Shown piece by piece: positions 1-8,959 of a DNA stretch of 32,000 nucleotides (within the stretch, counting starts at the first letter, position 1; each line of letters opens with the position of its first letter). The translations under genes and the position numbers were made by a program. Below the pieces are notes generated by a model. It made no database searches. It was not told the origin of the DNA and saw only the letters and a program-made list of their open reading frames with translations. Source of the stretch: Vibrio tubiashii (GTDB taxonomy: Bacteria; Pseudomonadota; Gammaproteobacteria; Enterobacterales; Vibrionaceae); the NCBI GenBank assembly GCA_000775715.1, contig JRWQ01000001.1, positions 616,923 to 648,922 on the forward strand, in the 5' to 3' direction.

Positions 1-615
1 CTGACTGTTTGTGGTCAAGAAGCGCAATCAGACATGCTGTTTGACACTCTGATGAAAGACAAGCCGTTCTACGACCAGAGCCAAGGTGGCGTAACCTTCT
101 CTGGCGGAGAACCATTGATGCAAGCGGATTTGGTGGCAGAGCTTGCGCAGAGACTGCACGACAACCAAGTTTCGACAGCGATTGAGTCTTGCATGCATGT
201 GCCGTGGAAGAATGTCGAAAAAGCGGCACCGCACATTGATTGTTGGCTCGCGGATCTCAAACACACTGATGAAGAAAAGTTCCTTAGCTGGGCCAAGGGC
301 TCCCTAAAGCGCATCAAAGACAATTTTCGCAAGCTGGCACCGATTGCAAAAAGGATTGTGATTCGTGTTCCCGTTGTACCGGGTTTTAACGACACCATCG
401 AAGAGTTGCAAGACATCATTGATTTTGCTGTTTCATTAGAAAGCTGCCAAGAACTTCACTTGTTGCCGTATCACACGCTCGGCATCAACAAATACCGTTT
501 GCTCGATATGCCTTACCTGTGTTCTGACAAGCCATTAAACAAACCAGAACTGCTAGAAAGCGCTATGCAATACGCAAGCGACAACACCCAACTTAACGTG
601 ATTGTTAGAGGTTAA
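1..615 (+). CDS. Glycyl radical enzyme activating protein (radical SAM family), C-terminal part; 5' end lies outside the window
   Basis: Frame is open from base 1 (LTVCGQEAQSDMLFDTL...) to the stop at 615. SGGEPLMQADLVAELAQ, DLKHTDEEKF and VPVVPGFNDT resemble PflA/YbiY/PflC-type activases. Located 3 nt upstream of a glycyl radical enzyme gene. Confidence 0.9.
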   Translation: MTVCGQEAQSDMLFDTLMKDKPFYDQSQGGVTFSGGEPLMQADLVAELAQRLHDNQVSTAIESCMHVPWKNVEKAAPHIDCWLADLKHTDEEKFLSWAKGSLKRIKDNFRKLAPIAKRIVIRVPVVPGFNDTIEELQDIIDFAVSLESCQELHLLPYHTLGINKYRLLDMPYLCSDKPLNKPELLESAMQYASDNTQLNVIVRG

Positions 616-617
616 CT

Positions 618-3041
618 ATGAACCTGAACACCCTTCCAGAGCGCATCAAAGCGCACAAATTGGCACTGGTAAACATCGTGACACCGCCTGTCTGTACTGA
701 GCGTGCAGAGGCATACACTCGTGCCTATCAAGCGAACGAAGATAAACCTGTCATTGTTCAACGTGCGTTAGCGCTGCAAGAACACTTACGCACTCGTACT
801 ATTTGGATTAAACACGATGAGCTGATTGTCGGTAACCAAGCGAGCAAGGTGCGTGCTGCGCCTATTTTCCCAGAGTACACAGTGCGTTGGATTGAGGCCG
901 AGATTGATGATCTCGCTGACCGACCAGGAGCGGGTTTTGCGGTTACCGAAGAAGATAAACAGAGTATCCACGCCATCACCCCATACTGGCGCGGTAAAAC
1001 GGTTCAAGATCGCTGTTATGGTCTATTTACTGATGAGCAGCAAGAGATATTAGCCAGTACTATCATCAAAGCAGAAGGCAATATGACTTCGGGTGATGCG
1101 CACCTTGCCGTCGATAACGAAAAGATCCTCAAGCTAGGTATGAATGGCCTGCTGGAAGAGGTTCGCCAACACCGCGCAAGCAATGATGTTGCAACGTATG
1201 AAGGTTTGCAGAAAGAGCAGTTCTATAAGTCGGTTGAGATCGTTTTAGTTGCTGTTCAGGACCACATAATAAGTTACGCAGAATTGGCTGAAAACATGGC
1301 TGCTGAAGAGATTCGTCCTGAGCGAAAAGCAGAACTTGAAAGCATTGCGGCTAACTGTCGTCATGTTGCTAGCCACGCACCGGAGAACTTCTGGCAAGCG
1401 CTGCAATTGAGCTATTTTGTTCAGTTGATGCTTCAAATTGAATCTAACGGTCACTCGGTCTCTTTTGGTCGTATGGACCAGTTCCTCAACGAATTTTATG
1501 TTAGTGATATCGAAAACGGCACGATTGAAAAAGACTTTGCACTAGAGCTTTTACAAAGCTGTTGGTTGAAGCTACTTGAAGTTAACAAGATCCGCTCTGG
1601 CGCACACTCTAAAGCTTCTGCAGGTTCACCTCTGTATCAAAACGTGTGTATCGGTGGTCAAAAGCTCAATGACAAGGGAGAACCAGAAGATGCAGTAAAC
1701 CCACTCTCATGGGCTATTCTCGAGTCTTGTGGGCAACTGCGTTCAACTCAACCAAACTTGAGCGTGCGTTACCATGAAGGATTGAACCAAGAATTCTTGA
1801 TGGGTTGTATTGAAGTGATTAAATGTGGCTTTGGTATGCCAGCGTTTAACAATGATGAGATTGTGATCCCCGAGTTCATCAAGCTTGGCGTAGAGAAAGA
1901 AGATGCCTACAACTACGCATCGATTGGCTGTATTGAAACCGCTGTTCCGGGCAAATGGGGTTACCGTTGTACCGGTATGAGCTTCATTAATTTTGCTCGT
2001 ATTCTGCTTGCTGCACTAAACGAAGGAGTGGATGCGACAACGGGTAAAGCGTTCTTGCCACACGATAAATCCTTGGCAAAAGGCAACTTCGCTAACTTTG
2101 GGCAAGTGACGGCGACTTGGGCTGAGCAGATCCGCTACTACGCGCGTAAGTCGATTGAGATTGATACTGTGGTGGATACTGTTCTTGAGCAACAGGCGCA
2201 AGATATCTTCTGTTCAACACTGGTGGATGATTGTTTGGCGCGCGGTAAAACTGTGAAAGAAGGCGGTGCGAAATACGATTGGGTCTCAGGTTTACAAGTA
2301 GGGATCGCAAACTTGGGTAACAGCTTAGCGGCCATCAAACACCTGGTTTTTGATGACGCGCAGATCACTCAGCCGCAGCTAGCAAAAGCATTGGCTGAAG
2401 ATTTTGATGGAAGTGAGAACGAGCAGCTTCGTCAGCGTTTAATCAACTTCGCGCCAAAATACGGTAACGATGATGATGCGGTCGACCAACTATTGGCTGA
2501 TGCTTACCAAGTTTACATCGATGAGCTAGAGCAGTTCGTCAATACTCGTCATGGTCGTGGTCCAATTGGTGGCGGTTATTACGCAGGTACATCAAGTATT
2601 TCAGCAAACGTCCCATTTGGCGCGTCAACCATGGCAACACCAGACGGTCGTAAAGCGAAAACGCCGTTAGCAGAGGGGGCAAGCCCATCATCTGGCTCAG
2701 ATCGTTTAGGTCCAACAGCGGTTTACAATTCTGTTGGTAAAATCCAAGCGAATAAGATCCTCGGTGGTGTACTGCTTAACCAGAAGTTAAGCCCAGCAGC
2801 AGTGGCGTCAGAAGGAGATAAACTCAAGCTGTCTATGTTGATTCGTACCTTCTTTAATCACCACAAAGGTTGGCACGTACAGTACAACATTGTTTCGCGC
2901 GATACCCTATTAGCGGCAAAAGAGAACCCAGAGCAATATCGTGACCTTGTTGTACGTGTTGCAGGCTACTCTGCGTTTTTCACCGCGCTTTCGCCAGATG
3001 CTCAGGATGACATCATTGCTCGTACTGAACATGAGTTATAA
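618..3041 (+). CDS. Glycyl radical enzyme of the PflD/YbiW type (formate acetyltransferase / glycerol dehydratase superfamily)
   Basis: 807 aa ORF with thiyl-radical cysteine context SIGCIETAVPGKWGYRCTGMSF and C-terminal glycyl radical loop VVRVAGYSAFFTALSPDAQDDIIARTEH. Adjacent activase. Confidence 0.93.
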   Translation: MNLNTLPERIKAHKLALVNIVTPPVCTERAEAYTRAYQANEDKPVIVQRALALQEHLRTRTIWIKHDELIVGNQASKVRAAPIFPEYTVRWIEAEIDDLADRPGAGFAVTEEDKQSIHAITPYWRGKTVQDRCYGLFTDEQQEILASTIIKAEGNMTSGDAHLAVDNEKILKLGMNGLLEEVRQHRASNDVATYEGLQKEQFYKSVEIVLVAVQDHIISYAELAENMAAEEIRPERKAELESIAANCRHVASHAPENFWQALQLSYFVQLMLQIESNGHSVSFGRMDQFLNEFYVSDIENGTIEKDFALELLQSCWLKLLEVNKIRSGAHSKASAGSPLYQNVCIGGQKLNDKGEPEDAVNPLSWAILESCGQLRSTQPNLSVRYHEGLNQEFLMGCIEVIKCGFGMPAFNNDEIVIPEFIKLGVEKEDAYNYASIGCIETAVPGKWGYRCTGMSFINFARILLAALNEGVDATTGKAFLPHDKSLAKGNFANFGQVTATWAEQIRYYARKSIEIDTVVDTVLEQQAQDIFCSTLVDDCLARGKTVKEGGAKYDWVSGLQVGIANLGNSLAAIKHLVFDDAQITQPQLAKALAEDFDGSENEQLRQRLINFAPKYGNDDDAVDQLLADAYQVYIDELEQFVNTRHGRGPIGGGYYAGTSSISANVPFGASTMATPDGRKAKTPLAEGASPSSGSDRLGPTAVYNSVGKIQANKILGGVLLNQKLSPAAVASEGDKLKLSMLIRTFFNHHKGWHVQYNIVSRDTLLAAKENPEQYRDLVVRVAGYSAFFTALSPDAQDDIIARTEHEL

Positions 3042-3071
3042 TTGAGCCTTCATTTAGGTTTCAAATGAAAG

Positions 3072-3099
3072 AAAGAGACACTATAATGGTGTCTCTTTT
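3072..3099 (+). terminator. Putative Rho-independent terminator after the glycyl radical enzyme gene
   Basis: AAAGAGACAC (3072-3081) - TATAATG - GTGTCTCTTT (3089-3098), T-rich 3' arm. Confidence 0.7.
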
Positions 3100-3116
3100 C
3101 TATTTGAGTCAAAGAC

Positions 3117-3857
3117 ATGAACCCAAGGCAAAACGAAATCCTCCAGCTCGTGAATGATCGTAAACGTATTCAAGTGACTGAGCTTGTCGATGTGATCGGC
3201 GTGTCTGGGGTGACCATTCGTCAAGATTTGAACCTCTTAGAGCAAGAAGGTTACCTTAAGCGGGTTCATGGTGCGGCGATGGCGCTGCAAAGTGATGATC
3301 TTGATAGTCGCTTAGAAGTTCGTTTTGACATCAAGCAGTCACTGGCTAACAAGGCTGCCGATCTGGTCGCGCCGAATGAAACAGTGTTGATTGAAGGGGG
3401 CAGTGCTAACGCCTTGCTCGCTCGAACGTTAGCTGAACGTGGTGACGTAACCATCATTACTCCTTCGGCCTATATCGCGCATCTGATTCGCAATACTTCG
3501 GCCAACATTATTTTGCTGGGAGGTGTGTATCAGCATCAGGGTGAAAGTCTGGTTGGCCCACTCACTAAGCTCTGTATTGAGAACATCCATTTTAGTACGG
3601 CGTTTTTGGGCATTGATGGTTTCCACCAAGATACCGGCTTTACCAGTCGCGACATGATGCGCGCCGAGATCGCCGATACTATTTTGGCTAAGCAGCGTCG
3701 TAATATCATCCTGACCGATTCGAGTAAGTTTGGTCAGATTTTCCCATCGACAATTGGCACGACGAGTAATATCTCCATCTTGCTGACCGATGATTCAGCG
3801 CCTGAAGAAGATTTAGCCTACCTGAAATCGTCAGGTGTTGAAGTTGTTGTCGCTTAG
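3117..3857 (+). CDS. DeoR-family transcriptional regulator
   Basis: 246 aa with N-terminal HTH (RQNEILQLVNDRKRIQVTELVDVIGVSGVTIRQDLNLLEQEGYLKRVHGAA) and C-terminal DeoR sensor domain (VLIEGGSANALLARTL...). Confidence 0.92.
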   Translation: MNPRQNEILQLVNDRKRIQVTELVDVIGVSGVTIRQDLNLLEQEGYLKRVHGAAMALQSDDLDSRLEVRFDIKQSLANKAADLVAPNETVLIEGGSANALLARTLAERGDVTIITPSAYIAHLIRNTSANIILLGGVYQHQGESLVGPLTKLCIENIHFSTAFLGIDGFHQDTGFTSRDMMRAEIADTILAKQRRNIILTDSSKFGQIFPSTIGTTSNISILLTDDSAPEEDLAYLKSSGVEVVVA

Positions 3858-3885
3858 AACGGTTGTCTAAGGTGCTAGTAGGGAA

Positions 3886-4779
3886 CTATTGACCTAGTGC
3901 CACTCTCTCTGCTGCCCTCAATCCCATTTGATAGCCCGCCTCGAGTTTTGTCTTGTCTGTGGTTAAGCGTCCAACTTGAAAGCTGTCTTCTGGAGCAATA
4001 ACGTGAATCGTGCAATCCGTGGGTGGGCTATTAATAAACTCTAACGTTTGATTGTAGCGCTCAGCCCTGTTAATTATGGCCTCAGCGAGGTTGGGAGTGC
4101 CTTTCATCATACGACGAACAAGCCAATGGGCTTTGGTCGGTTTCTTCTGATAGCCAAGTCTTTGTGAAAGAACCACAGTGATCGTTTTTGCTCCGCGTTT
4201 GTATGCCTCAATCACTGGAATCGAGTCAGATACTCCGCCATCTATCATACGTTTGCCACCCAATTTGAGGTGGTTTCGATACGCAAATGGTAAGGAGCAC
4301 GAAGCCTTGGTTAGCTGTTCAAGGTTGCTCTCGTTACCTTGAATATAAATGGGCTTACCTGACTCAACATCAGTAGTCACAACGTGGAATGGCAGAGATT
4401 GCTGGTTGAAGGCTTGCATGTCATAAGGATTGTTTTTTGCGATGTGGTCCCAAAGCCAATCGAGATCGACCCAATGACCACCTTGGGTAAACTTTTTAAA
4501 ATTGATGAAATCTGGCTGGCAAGAGTAATCCAAGATAATGGTATGAGTGCGGCCCCGTTGCTTTGAAAGCCACGAAGCAATATTGGTTGAACCTGCCGAG
4601 ACACCAATACAAAAATCGAACGGGTTGTAGTTATGGTCAAGAAAGCCATCTAGTACCCCAGCAGCAAAGATACCTCGCATCGCTCCACCTTCAATGACTA
4701 AGGCGTGTTTATTGGCGTGAGTAGGCTTTGCTTGGTTTGGTTCACTTTGACTTGGATGGGCTTTATTTTCGAACGTCAT
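3886..4779 (-). CDS. Patatin-like phospholipase family protein (YjjU-like)
   Basis: 297 aa; glycine-rich EGGAMRG, nucleophile elbow GVSAG and catalytic DGG (RMIDGGVSDS). Confidence 0.88.
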   Translation of the reverse strand: MTFENKAHPSQSEPNQAKPTHANKHALVIEGGAMRGIFAAGVLDGFLDHNYNPFDFCIGVSAGSTNIASWLSKQRGRTHTIILDYSCQPDFINFKKFTQGGHWVDLDWLWDHIAKNNPYDMQAFNQQSLPFHVVTTDVESGKPIYIQGNESNLEQLTKASCSLPFAYRNHLKLGGKRMIDGGVSDSIPVIEAYKRGAKTITVVLSQRLGYQKKPTKAHWLVRRMMKGTPNLAEAIINRAERYNQTLEFINSPPTDCTIHVIAPEDSFQVGRLTTDKTKLEAGYQMGLRAAERVALGQ

Positions 4780-4926
4780 AACTTCCTGTCACTCTCATGT
4801 TCGTGTTTTTGAGTATTAACACTAGTCTATAACTGTGACGCGAGCAATACAGTCGCTTTCTTGATATGACTAACTCTGTGTTATGTTACTGGGCGTGTGA
4901 GTAAAGCGTCATCACAAGGAAAAGAG

Positions 4927-6069
4927 ATGCAATTGAACACTCTGATTGCTCGTCAAATCGTTGAGCGAGCGACTAAAATCATCCAGTTCCCTGTTAATGT
5001 GATGGATGAAAATGGGCAAATAATTGGATCAAGTGACCCATCTCGTTTGCATCGGACTCACGAAGGGGCTTTGCTTGCCATTCATGATAACCGCATTGTA
5101 GAAATCAATAAGACGGTTGCCAGTACATTGGTTGGTGTTAAGGAGGGGATCAACTTACCTATTTTGCACCAAGAGAGCGTGATTGGTGTGGTTGGCATAT
5201 CTGGCCAGCCTGACGAGGTGAGAAGCTACGGTGAGCTGGTCAAAATGGCCGCTGAGCTGATTGTTGAACAAGAAGCACTAATGGCACAAATTCAGTGGAA
5301 TAAGCGCCATAGGGAAGAGTTACTGCTTCAGCTTATTCAAGGCTCTACGCTTAACGAAAATCAGTTACTCTCAATTGCTGAAAGATTGGACTTAAACTTG
5401 TCCCAGCCAAGAGTCGCGGCGACGGTTAAGGTGATTCCTAAGCACGGTCAACCACTCACACAAGATCATCTGCAAAAACTGGTTCATTTGCTTGAGTATC
5501 CAGAGCGAGACAACATCGTTGGGGTAGTCTCCGTGTCTATGAATGAGGTAGTGGTACTTAAACCTATTTCGCTTATGAAAGGCACTTGGAGCCAAGAGGA
5601 GGAGCGAACTCGAGTTAAGAGATTGCTTAAACGAGTGACTAAAGAGACCGACTTCTCTATTCAAATTGCGATAGGCCAGTACTTTCCGGGCGTTGATGGC
5701 TTGTCGCGTTCTTACGAGACAGCTAAGGCGACTATGTCGCAAGTGAAAGACAGCAAGCAATCCATTTTGTTTTATCAAGATCACAAACTCGCCGTATTGG
5801 TTGGCGGCCTAAAGCAAGATCATTGGCGACGAGCCCAGTTGACCGATCCCTTACATAAATTGATGTTAACGGACACTAAAGGCGCACTTTTAAAAACGTT
5901 AGAGGTATATTTTGAGCAGGACTGCGATCTAGCTCAAACTTGTGCGGTACTCCATATTCATCGAAACACTCTCCGTTATCGATTAGAAAAGATTGAGCAA
6001 TTTACCAGTTTAAAAATCAATGACTTAGATAGCAAGGTGCAGCTCTATCTGGCTATGAAATGCCTTTGA
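4927..6069 (+). CDS. cdaR: CdaR-family sugar diacid/glycerate-responsive transcriptional regulator
   Basis: N-terminal diacid-recognition domain (LNTLIARQIVERATKIIQFPVNVMDENGQIIGSSDP) and PucR-type C-terminal HTH (CAVLHIHRNTLRYRLEKIEQFT). Provided ORF starts at GTG 4897; ATG 4927 preceded by AAGGAAAAG is the likelier start. Confidence 0.9.
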   Translation: MQLNTLIARQIVERATKIIQFPVNVMDENGQIIGSSDPSRLHRTHEGALLAIHDNRIVEINKTVASTLVGVKEGINLPILHQESVIGVVGISGQPDEVRSYGELVKMAAELIVEQEALMAQIQWNKRHREELLLQLIQGSTLNENQLLSIAERLDLNLSQPRVAATVKVIPKHGQPLTQDHLQKLVHLLEYPERDNIVGVVSVSMNEVVVLKPISLMKGTWSQEEERTRVKRLLKRVTKETDFSIQIAIGQYFPGVDGLSRSYETAKATMSQVKDSKQSILFYQDHKLAVLVGGLKQDHWRRAQLTDPLHKLMLTDTKGALLKTLEVYFEQDCDLAQTCAVLHIHRNTLRYRLEKIEQFTSLKINDLDSKVQLYLAMKCL

Positions 6070-6239
6070 TTAAGTGATGGTTATTGTGCAATGTGACAAT
6101 TTATCGTGATTATGTAGAACTAAATTTGTCAATCTGCATAAAGGAATCTCGCCGTAATCTCTGAATAATAGCTCAGTTCTCTACACGATCTGATGATTTA
6201 AATAGTCAGACGAAACACAAAATAATAAACGGAGTTATC

Positions 6240-7592
6240 ATGAGTCTAATCCTAATATTGCTGGGGGTAATAGCCTTTATCGTCCTCGCAACAACCAAGT
6301 TTAAATTACATCCCTTCCTCGCACTGATTGTCGCAGCTTTCCTCGCTGCGTTTGCTTATGGTCTGCCTGCTGGCAGTATCGCTAAGACCATTGCTTCTGG
6401 TTTTGGCGGCATTTTAGGTTATATCGGCCTAGTGATCGTGCTGGGTACTATTATCGGTGTCATTCTAGAAAAAAGTGGCGCCGCCATTACTATGGCAGAT
6501 ACGGTGATCAAGGTGCTAGGTGAGCGTTTCCCGACGCTAACCATGAGTATTATTGGCTACATTGTTTCTGTGCCAGTGTTTTGTGATTCAGGGTTTGTCA
6601 TTCTGAACTCATTGAAAGAGTCGCTAGCGAATCGATTGAAAACTTCGAGCGTCGCGATGAGTGTCGCTTTGGCTACAGGTTTGTACGCCACGCATACTTT
6701 TGTTCCGCCAACGCCTGGCCCGATCGCGGCAGCAGGTAATTTGGGCTTAGAGTCAAACCTTGGTTTGGTCATCGGAGTCGGTGTTTTTGTTGCAGCGACA
6801 GCGGCCGTGGCCGGGATGTTGTGGGCAAATCGGTTTAAAGATGTTGAGCCAGATGGTGGTGACCAGTTAGAGGAAGTGAAGCAAGACTGGAAAGAGTTGA
6901 AGGCTTCATATGGGGAACTACCGACAGCGAGCCAAGCATTTGCTCCTATTTTTGTGCCAATTTTGCTTATTTGTTTTGGTTCAATCGCTAAGTTCCCAAG
7001 TTTACCTGTTGGTGACGGTGCACTGTATGAAGTGCTTTCATTCTTAGGGCAGCCTCTTACAGCATTAGTCATTGGCCTATTCCTCTCTGTCCGTCTACTA
7101 AAAAGCGACAACAAAGTTGAAGAGTTTAGTGAACGCATCAGCCAAGGTATTACGGCGGCTGCCCCAATTCTATTAATTACTGGTGCGGGCGGTGCATTTG
7201 GCGCGGTATTGAAAGCAACACCTCTAGGTGAGTATTTGGGTACAACCTTGTCAGCACTTGGTGTCGGGATCTTTATGCCATTTATTGTTGCCGCCGCGCT
7301 TAAGTCTGCACAAGGTTCGTCAACGGTTGCGCTTGTTACAACATCCGCGCTTGTTGCGCCTATGCTCGCTCAGCTAGGTCTAGATTCAGAGATGGGCCGC
7401 GTATTGACGGTTATGGCGATTGGCGCAGGTGCGATGACCGTATCTCACGCAAACGACAGCTTCTTCTGGGTAGTATCTCAGTTTAGCCGAATGTCAGTAG
7501 GGTTAGCTTATCGAGCGCAAACCATGGCAACTCTAGTCCAAGGTGTCACAGCTATGACTCTGGTCTACATTCTAAGTCTTGTTCTTCTTTAA
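6240..7592 (+). CDS. GntP-family permease (gluconate/glycerate:H+ symporter type)
   Basis: 450 aa hydrophobic; ALIVAAFLAAFAYGLP, PVFCDSGFVIL, HTFVPPTPGPIAAAGNLG and SHANDSFFWVVSQFS are GntP-family motifs. Clustered with glycerate kinase. Confidence 0.92.
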   Translation: MSLILILLGVIAFIVLATTKFKLHPFLALIVAAFLAAFAYGLPAGSIAKTIASGFGGILGYIGLVIVLGTIIGVILEKSGAAITMADTVIKVLGERFPTLTMSIIGYIVSVPVFCDSGFVILNSLKESLANRLKTSSVAMSVALATGLYATHTFVPPTPGPIAAAGNLGLESNLGLVIGVGVFVAATAAVAGMLWANRFKDVEPDGGDQLEEVKQDWKELKASYGELPTASQAFAPIFVPILLICFGSIAKFPSLPVGDGALYEVLSFLGQPLTALVIGLFLSVRLLKSDNKVEEFSERISQGITAAAPILLITGAGGAFGAVLKATPLGEYLGTTLSALGVGIFMPFIVAAALKSAQGSSTVALVTTSALVAPMLAQLGLDSEMGRVLTVMAIGAGAMTVSHANDSFFWVVSQFSRMSVGLAYRAQTMATLVQGVTAMTLVYILSLVLL

Positions 7593-7614
7593 CGAGCTCA
7601 ACTAAGGAGCCACT

Positions 7615-8748
7615 ATGAAAGTCGTTATCGCCCCGGACTCTTACAAAGAGAGCTTAACTGCTATGGAAGTCGCTACCGCGATTGAAAATGGCTTTAAGCA
7701 GATTATGCCTGATGTTCAGTACGTCAAATTGCCGATGGCTGATGGTGGCGAAGGGACGGTTCAGTCGCTAGTTGATGCTACTGGAGGCAAGGTCGTTTCA
7801 GTTACGGTAACCGGACCTCTTGGGCAAGCTGTTGAGGGCTTTTGGGGTTTACTTGGTGACGGTTCAACCGCAGTGATCGAGATGGCGGCTGCATCAGGTT
7901 TGCACTTAGTTGAACCAAGTCAACGCAATCCAATGTTAACGACTTCATACGGCACTGGAGAGCTGGTCAAAGCGGCTCTGGATAAAGGGGTCAAACATAT
8001 CATCATAGGTATAGGTGGCAGTGCGACCAACGATGGTGGTGTGGGAATGGCGCAGGCGTTAGGAGCAAAATTGCTTGATGAATATGGTAAAGATTTGGCT
8101 TTTGGGGGAGGCGCATTGGCTAATCTCGCGGCTATCGATTTATCTGAGCTCGACCCTCGTTTATCTAATGTTCAGCTAGAAGTCGCATGCGATGTTGATA
8201 ATCCGCTATGTGGTTTAAAAGGAGCGTCGCATATCTTCGGTCCTCAGAAAGGCGCAACGCCTGAAATGGTTGAGCAGCTTGATAGCAATCTTGCCCACTA
8301 TGCTGAGGTGATCCGCCAAACCACTGGTAAACACGTGATCAATCAAGCGGGAGCAGGCGCAGCTGGTGGGCTTGGCGCAGCGTTGCTTGGCTTGTTTGAT
8401 GCCAGCTTGCGGCCAGGCATTAGCATAGTGATGGATGCAGTAAATCTATCAGAAGTGGTGAAAGACGCTGATTTAGTGATCACGGGTGAAGGGCGTATCG
8501 ATAGCCAAACGATTCACGGCAAAACTCCCATAGGAGTGGCGCGTGTGGCCAAACAATACGAACTACCTGTGATTGGTATTGCAGGCAGTATTGCCAAAGA
8601 TTGCGCGGTGGTACATGAGCAGGGTATTGATGCAGTTTACAGTGTTGTTTTGGGAGCTACTGACTTACCAACTGCTCTTAAAGAAGCGGCGTTTAATGTT
8701 GAAATGACGTCACGCAATGTTGCTGCCGCATTGGCACTCTCACTTTAA
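7615..8748 (+). CDS. garK: Glycerate 2-kinase (GarK/GlxK family)
   Basis: 377 aa; MKVVIAPDSYKESLTAMEVATAIENGF, GGSATNDGGVGMAQALG, VITGEGRIDSQTIHGKTPIGVA. Confidence 0.93.
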   Translation: MKVVIAPDSYKESLTAMEVATAIENGFKQIMPDVQYVKLPMADGGEGTVQSLVDATGGKVVSVTVTGPLGQAVEGFWGLLGDGSTAVIEMAAASGLHLVEPSQRNPMLTTSYGTGELVKAALDKGVKHIIIGIGGSATNDGGVGMAQALGAKLLDEYGKDLAFGGGALANLAAIDLSELDPRLSNVQLEVACDVDNPLCGLKGASHIFGPQKGATPEMVEQLDSNLAHYAEVIRQTTGKHVINQAGAGAAGGLGAALLGLFDASLRPGISIVMDAVNLSEVVKDADLVITGEGRIDSQTIHGKTPIGVARVAKQYELPVIGIAGSIAKDCAVVHEQGIDAVYSVVLGATDLPTALKEAAFNVEMTSRNVAAALALSL

Positions 8749-8770
8749 TAACCAACCCCTTTACACTGTA

Positions 8771-8799
8771 AACGGCCGCTTATCAGCGGCCGTTTTTTT
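8771..8799 (+). terminator. Rho-independent terminator after glycerate kinase
   Basis: AACGGCCGCT (8771-8780) - TATC - AGCGGCCGTT (8785-8794) followed by a T tract. Confidence 0.9.
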
Positions 8800-8858
8800 T
8801 GAACAAACAAACTTGCGTTATTTGTTGGAGAAATAAATCGTTCACTAAAGATAAATGC

Positions 8859-8940
8859 AAACGAAACAAAAATGTCACCTAATCGGTGAAAAATGGCTGC
8901 GAAACGAAACAAACGAACTCCGTAAGAAACTAAACGAAAC
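8859..8940 (+). promoter_or_regulatory. Cluster of AAACGAAAC direct repeats upstream of ugpB-like gene; candidate DeoR-family operator
   Basis: AAACGAAAC at 8859-8867, 8902-8910 and 8932-8940, plus AAACGAAC at 8911-8918. Several DeoR-family regulators (for example AgaR) bind TTTCGTTT-like repeats. Confidence 0.55.
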
Positions 8941-8959
8941 CTCAATACTAAGGAAAGGA

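Noticed and set aside
69-419. 116-aa minus-strand ORF opposite the activase gene
   Set aside because: Overlaps a coding frame with radical-SAM activase features; no independent support.
4897-4926. Upstream GTG start extending cdaR by 10 residues
   Set aside because: ATG 4927 has a good AAGGAAAAG Shine-Dalgarno and starts the conserved domain; the extension looks spurious.
6098-6123. Possible CRP site (TGTGACAATTTATCGTGATT) upstream of the GntP-family gene
   Set aside because: The right half-site does not match TCACA, so it is not a convincing CRP palindrome.
6557-7138. 193-aa minus-strand ORF opposite the GntP-family permease
   Set aside because: Antisense shadow of a well-supported CDS; low-complexity Ser/Thr/Asn-rich translation with no recognisable domain.
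8745-8945. 66-aa minus-strand ORF covering the terminator and ugpB leader
   Set aside because: Spans a strong terminator and repeat-rich leader; no motif or RBS support.
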